Below, one piece after another: positions 54,275 to 58,066 of a stretch of 58,066 nt of DNA. This DNA comes from Spirochaetota bacterium (GTDB lineage: Bacteria; Spirochaetota; UBA4802; UBA5550). The stretch covers positions 1 through 58,066 of the forward strand of contig WRGT01000070.1 of assembly GCA_009787025.1 (NCBI GenBank). Direction: 5' to 3'. Each line of letters starts with the position of its first letter. Position 1 is the stretch's first letter. The notes beneath the pieces are model-generated. The model had not been told where the DNA came from. It worked only from the letters and a program-made list of their open reading frames with translations, and searched no databases. The position numbers and the translations under genes are program-made.

Positions 54275-55525
54275 TTATAGTCCGCTAAAATCTATAGTCG
54301 CCAGATAATCATCTATTGTCTCAGCCCTTCTAATCTGCTTCACTGTTCCGTCTTCTTTTAAAAGAAGTTCGGCAGACTTTAACTTTCCATTGTAGTTGAA
54401 TCCCATGGCATATCCGTGCGCTCCCGTATCGTGGATAACAAGAATATCTCCTATATCAATCTTTGGTAACATTCTATCTATTGCAAATTTGTCGTTGTTT
54501 TCACATAGCGAACCTGTAATATCATATTTCTTTACAGGCTTTTCATTCTCTTTTCCGAGTATTGTTATATGATGGTAAGCTCCATACAGTGCCGGTCTCA
54601 TCAGGTCAGCCATACATGAATCAACGCCTATGTAGTCCTTGTATATCTCCTTTTTATGAATAGCCTTAGTAACAAGATAACCGTATGGTCCTGTAATGAG
54701 TCTTCCGCTCTCCATAAATATTTTTACAAGTTTAAGTCCACAGCTTAAAACGGTTTTATCATAAACCTCTTTTATCTTTGATGAAATATATTCAAGGTCA
54801 AGGGACTTGTCACCGGGTCTGTACGGAATGCCAAAGCCTCCGCCAAGATTAACAAATTCAAAATCTATATGCAGGCTTTTGTTTATTTCGGATATAAGTT
54901 CAAGAAGTATCTCTGCAGTATCAACAAAGTAATCGGCATTAAGTTCATTAGACGCAATCATTGCATGGAGACCAAAACGTTTAACGCCTCTGTCTTTAAC
55001 TGTTTTATATGCTTCAAATAACTGATCCCTTGTAAGTCCATACTTCGCTTCTTCCGGTATGCCTATTATTGCATTTCCGCCCTTTAGCGGACCGGGGTTA
55101 TATCTAAATGAGATAATCTCGGGAAGCCCTGCATGTTTATCAACATAATCTATGTGAGTTATATCATCAAGATTTAATATTGCGCCGAGTTTTTTTGCAT
55201 AGATGAATTCTTCTGCAGGCGTATTATTTGATGTGAGTATAATATTATCTCCGCTTATTCCGGCTTTTTCGGCAATTATCAGTTCGGGCAGTGAGCTGCA
55301 ATCTGCTCCGAATCCCATGCTGCTTAGAAGCTTTACAATGTACGGATTTGGATTTGCCTTAACTGCAAAGTATTCCTTAAACCCGGAAGACCATGAAAAT
55401 GCCTTAATTAACCTTCGGGCATTATCTTTAATGGCTTTTTCATCATATATATGAAAAGGGGTAGGGTATTTTTTTATTATCTCTTCAATCTGTTGTTTAT
55501 TAAAAGGCAGAGTTTTAGTCAGCAT
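54275..55525 (-). CDS. lysA: PLP-dependent group IV decarboxylase, most likely diaminopimelate decarboxylase
   Basis: 416 aa. YFAVKANPNP (PLP Lys), GGGFGIPY and EPGR-like ESGRLITGP blocks. Substrate specificity (DAP versus carboxynorspermidine) cannot be settled by eye. Confidence 0.7.
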   Translation of the reverse strand: MLTKTLPFNKQQIEEIIKKYPTPFHIYDEKAIKDNARRLIKAFSWSSGFKEYFAVKANPNPYIVKLLSSMGFGADCSSLPELIIAEKAGISGDNIILTSNNTPAEEFIYAKKLGAILNLDDITHIDYVDKHAGLPEIISFRYNPGPLKGGNAIIGIPEEAKYGLTRDQLFEAYKTVKDRGVKRFGLHAMIASNELNADYFVDTAEILLELISEINKSLHIDFEFVNLGGGFGIPYRPGDKSLDLEYISSKIKEVYDKTVLSCGLKLVKIFMESGRLITGPYGYLVTKAIHKKEIYKDYIGVDSCMADLMRPALYGAYHHITILGKENEKPVKKYDITGSLCENNDKFAIDRMLPKIDIGDILVIHDTGAHGYAMGFNYNGKLKSAELLLKEDGTVKQIRRAETIDDYLATIDFSGL

Positions 55526-55687
55526 TTATCATCACCATAATATAAATAATTGGATTTAACTTTTAGATTACATGAAATGATGTCAAGAAATAAAATCTCC
55601 ATAATTATAAAGTTAATATGAAGTTTAAATATTGACTAATAATAGTTTGAATTAAAAATAGAATATAATCTGTCATAAATAATGGGC

Positions 55688-55810
55688 GCGCAGATGACGC
55701 AGATTTTTTAAGATTAACGCAGATGGAAAAGTATAAATACAAAGAATTAACTGAATAATTTAAATGAATAAAAAACTCTGCGTAAATCCTGATCATCTGC
55801 GTCATCTGCG
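55688..55810. repeat. long imperfect hairpin built from GCAGATGAC words, upstream of ychF
   Basis: gcgcagatgacgcagat (55688-55704) pairs with atctgcgtcatctgcg (55795-55810). A second paired block is attaacgcaga / tctgcgtaaat. The loop is A/T-rich and contains gtataaatac. Confidence 0.8.
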
Positions 55811-55842
55811 TGCTAAAAAGTGATAATTATAAAGGAGTGTAT

Positions 55843-56907
55843 ATGGAGCTTGGAATAATAGGGCTGCCGCAAACAGGGAAAAAGAGCCTTTTCCAACTAC
55901 TAACAGGAGCAATCCCAAATGATACGGGAGACAAAATTTGCGCAGGTGTTGCCGATAAGAGGGACATAAGGTTTGATACGCTTGTAAAAATGTATAAGCC
56001 TAAGAAAGAGGTTCCTGCAAAGATAAATCTGCAGCTTCTTCAAAAGATTGAGAGCGACTCAATACGCGAGGGTAAAATTTTTACAGATATATCTAAAATG
56101 GATGCGCTCTGTCATATAGTCCGCGCATTTGAGGATGATTCGATATATCATGCAAAAGGCTCTGTGGATCCGCTGCGCGATATTGAAATGGTAAACTCCG
56201 AGCTTATACTCCATGACCTTATATTTATTGAAAAGAGATTTGAAAGAATTGAAAACAGCAGAAAAAAGAGGAGCGATGCAAAACTTGACCAGGAGGAAGA
56301 GCTTTTAATCAGAATGAAATCCCACCTTGAGAATGACCTTCACTTGCGCACATTTACGCTTAAAGATGAGGAGAGTAAACTCATTTCAGGCTATCCGTTT
56401 ATAACGGCAAAAGAGATGCTTATAGCGCTTAATGTTGATGATAGAAAAATCAGCGACAGAAGTTTGATAGAAAAAATTAGGGGGAGTCTGGAGCCGCTGT
56501 CTATTGAGGTTATGCAGGTTTCAGCCAAACTTGAGAGTGAAATCTCTAACCTTGACAGCGAAGAGGAGAGATTGGAGTTTATGGCTGATGCTGGGATTAC
56601 AGAGCCGGCTTTAAATCAACTATCAGAACTTTCGATGAAGGTTTTAGGTCTCATATCATTTTTTACTGTAGGGAAGGATGAGGTGAGGCAGTGGCTTATT
56701 AAGAGAGGTTCATCTGCTCCTGTTGCTGCAGGCGCTATACACACGGATATTCAAAGAGGATTTATCCGCGCAGAGGTTATGAAATACGGCGATCTTATTG
56801 AATCAGGGTCAGAGGATGAGCTTAAAAAAAGCGGAAAATTCCATGTTATGGGGAAAGAGTATATAGTAGAGGATGGAGATATTATAAACTTTAGATTTAA
56901 TGTTTGA
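55843..56907 (+). CDS. ychF: ribosome-binding ATPase YchF (Obg-like GTPase family)
   Basis: MELGIIGLPQTGKKSLF (P-loop). C-terminal TGS-type end FIRAEVMKY..GKEYIVEDGDIINFRFNV. I prefer ATG 55843 (AAGGAG SD). Confidence 0.9.
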   Translation: MELGIIGLPQTGKKSLFQLLTGAIPNDTGDKICAGVADKRDIRFDTLVKMYKPKKEVPAKINLQLLQKIESDSIREGKIFTDISKMDALCHIVRAFEDDSIYHAKGSVDPLRDIEMVNSELILHDLIFIEKRFERIENSRKKRSDAKLDQEEELLIRMKSHLENDLHLRTFTLKDEESKLISGYPFITAKEMLIALNVDDRKISDRSLIEKIRGSLEPLSIEVMQVSAKLESEISNLDSEEERLEFMADAGITEPALNQLSELSMKVLGLISFFTVGKDEVRQWLIKRGSSAPVAAGAIHTDIQRGFIRAEVMKYGDLIESGSEDELKKSGKFHVMGKEYIVEDGDIINFRFNV

Positions 56908-57020
56908 TTTAAAATTTTTGATTATTTAGCGTTTTGTCTTATCTTAAATTTTTTGAAAAAAAAAGTTTTTTATTGACATAAAATACCATGAATTATCTAT
57001 TATTCCAGACTTTGATAAAA

Positions 57021-57094
57021 GGGGTTTTAGCTCAGCTGGTTAGAGTATCTGCCTGTCACGCAGAGGGCCGCGGGTTCGAGTCCCGTAAACCCCG
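57021..57094 (+). tRNA. tRNA-Asp(GUC): tRNA-Asp (anticodon GTC)
   Basis: Hand-folded cloverleaf. Acceptor GGGGTTT/AAACCCC, D-arm GCTC-AGCTGGTTA-GAGT, anticodon stem TCTGC/GCAGA with loop CTGTCAC, and T-arm GCGGG-TTCGAGT-CCCGT. Discriminator is G and no CCA is encoded. Confidence 0.9.
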
Positions 57095-57104
57095 AAAGTT
57101 AGAA

Positions 57105-57136
57105 GGGAGCTGTTTTATAGCAGCTCCTTTTTATTT
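57105..57136 (+). terminator. rho-independent terminator after tRNA-Asp
   Basis: GGAGCTG (57106-57112) pairs with CAGCTCC (57121-57127), followed by TTTTTATTTT. Confidence 0.75.
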
Positions 57137-57142
57137 TAGGCT

Positions 57143-57268
57143 AAATTACAGTGTACAAAGTACAATGTACAGTGTACAAATTACAAATTACAGAGTGCAA
57201 ATATATGCTATTTTCATTTTATCTTTAATCTTTTATTTGTAATTTGTACATTGTAATTTGTAATTTAC
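57143..57268. repeat. palindromic word-repeat element (TACAAATTACA arms), second copy
   Basis: aaattacagtgtacaaagtacaatgtacagtgtacaaattacaaattacagagtgcaaatatatgctattttcatt..tttgtaatttgtacattgtaatttgtaattt. Same core and orientation as 12248-12360. Confidence 0.8.
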
Positions 57269-57472
57269 ATCAGAGCCTATCCCAAAAAATTCTTGGCACT
57301 TTATTCTTTATGTTTTACCTTGCATCTGCTATATTTTAATCAATAAAATTTAATAATAAAATCTGAGAAAAATTTTTATATGAAAAATTTTTTACTTGCT
57401 TCTCTTAATCCTAACATCGGTTTACTCCTTTAGTTTTTTTAGTGTAAACCTATTTCAGGATGAGACAGTGTT

Positions 57473-58066
57473 TTATCTATGTTTTTTCTTCGATTCTTTT
57501 TCTACTCTCTTTTCAATCTCTTCATAGGATAAGCCTTGTTTCATAAGGTTCAGTACATAGTTTTGACCTTCTTCTCTGCCTTTTTCTTTTGCCTCTTTGC
57601 TGGCAACTTTGATAGCGAGTTTTTCATCGTATTTGATAAAATTCATGCTTACTTCCTCCGACGAGTTTTGTTTAAAATAATCTGTCAATATACCTTTTTT
57701 TACGCAATATTCAACCGCTGATTTTACCGCTTTTTCTAAAGGGTATTTTGTTTCATATTCTCTTACTTTTGCAACAAAAACTGCGTAACCGCTCAAGGTT
57801 TCGCTCCTGCGTTCCAAGTCTGGATTACAGCCTTTATTAATATTCAACATTAGTACTAATGCGTCAAGAAATATTAAACTGGCATAGTCATTTTTATCGG
57901 ATTCATCTAATTCTTTAAATAAATCTGATAATCGCAAAAATTTTTCTTTAGGAAAAGGGTCTTTCCCATTGTATAACACTATAAATACAGGTCTGTCTAT
58001 TTTTCCAAAATCTTCTTTTAGTATATTTGTATTAATAATTTTTTCGTAAACGCGTACGACATACGA
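57473..58066 (-). CDS. Rpn-family (PD-(D/E)XK, YhgA-like) recombination-promoting nuclease / putative transposase, C-terminal part (partial at window edge)
   Basis: The frame stays open to the window end, by own translation: SYVVRVYEKIINTNILKEDFGKIDRPVFIVLYNGKDPFP... The ..P.I.IVLYNG..P.. block and the tail ..GREEGQNYVLNLMKQGLSYEEIEK resemble Rpn/YhgA-like proteins. Confidence 0.5.
   Translation of the reverse strand, partial: SYVVRVYEKIINTNILKEDFGKIDRPVFIVLYNGKDPFPKEKFLRLSDLFKELDESDKNDYASLIFLDALVLMLNINKGCNPDLERRSETLSGYAVFVAKVREYETKYPLEKAVKSAVEYCVKKGILTDYFKQNSSEEVSMNFIKYDEKLAIKVASKEAKEKGREEGQNYVLNLMKQGLSYEEIEKRVEKESKKKHR

Noticed and set aside
56988-57242. 84-aa ORF covering the tRNA-Asp region.
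   Set aside because: It is translated straight through the tRNA gene, its terminator and the palindromic repeat (..LAQLVRVSACHAEGRGFESR..). The tRNA cloverleaf explains the sequence.

Overview
AT-rich chromosomal segment, roughly one third G+C by eye, from a diderm bacterium. The diderm call rests on an Omp85/BamA-like protein, LspA, RlpA-SPOR and many lipobox lipoproteins. The DUF1566/Fibrobacter-type paralogous lipoproteins suggest an uncultivated FCB-group or spirochaete-like organism, but I cannot assign taxonomy.

Most of the window is housekeeping: ilvD, serS, trkH/trkA, pheS/pheT, mtaB, rlpA, queD, rdgB, nth, suhB, xseA/xseB, lspA, ileS, lysA-like, ychF and tRNA-Asp.

Small accessory islets sit between these genes:
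- 9.2-12.3 kb: a lipoprotein, toxin remnants, a frameshifted repeat surface protein and an XRE regulator.
- 14.4-17.5 kb: tandem CoA-transferase paralogues.
- 19.1-22.7 kb: two tandem DUF1566-lipoprotein plus beta-barrel OMP modules.
- 42-46.2 kb: an unknown membrane protein, MntA/HepT, a third OMP paralogue and vapBC.
- 52.7-54.3 kb: a truncated ORF6N gene and a RelE/ParE-HigA-type pair.
- Window edges: a partial M.EcoRI-family methylase and a partial Rpn-like nuclease.

I found no rRNA, CRISPR array, reverse transcriptase, integrase or intact transposase.

The most interesting signals all concern variation of surface proteins and unusual non-coding DNA:
- Two simple-sequence tracts, (CA)8 and G7, that put a lipoprotein and an OMP out of frame by exactly one repeat-unit change.
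- A duplicated lipoprotein-OMP operon with a consensus promoter and a conserved, internally repetitive leader or N-terminal extension.
- Two copies of a ~210-bp core bounded by CGTCATTGCGAGC inverted repeats. The cores lie in opposite orientation, which is inverton-like or a palindromic MITE.
- A vapBC cassette flanked by a perfect 40-bp duplication of the suhB start.
- A recurring GGCTCTGACCCC motif at islet and truncation borders.
- A family of word-repeat hairpin elements.

All functional calls come from motif recognition by eye. No database search was run.
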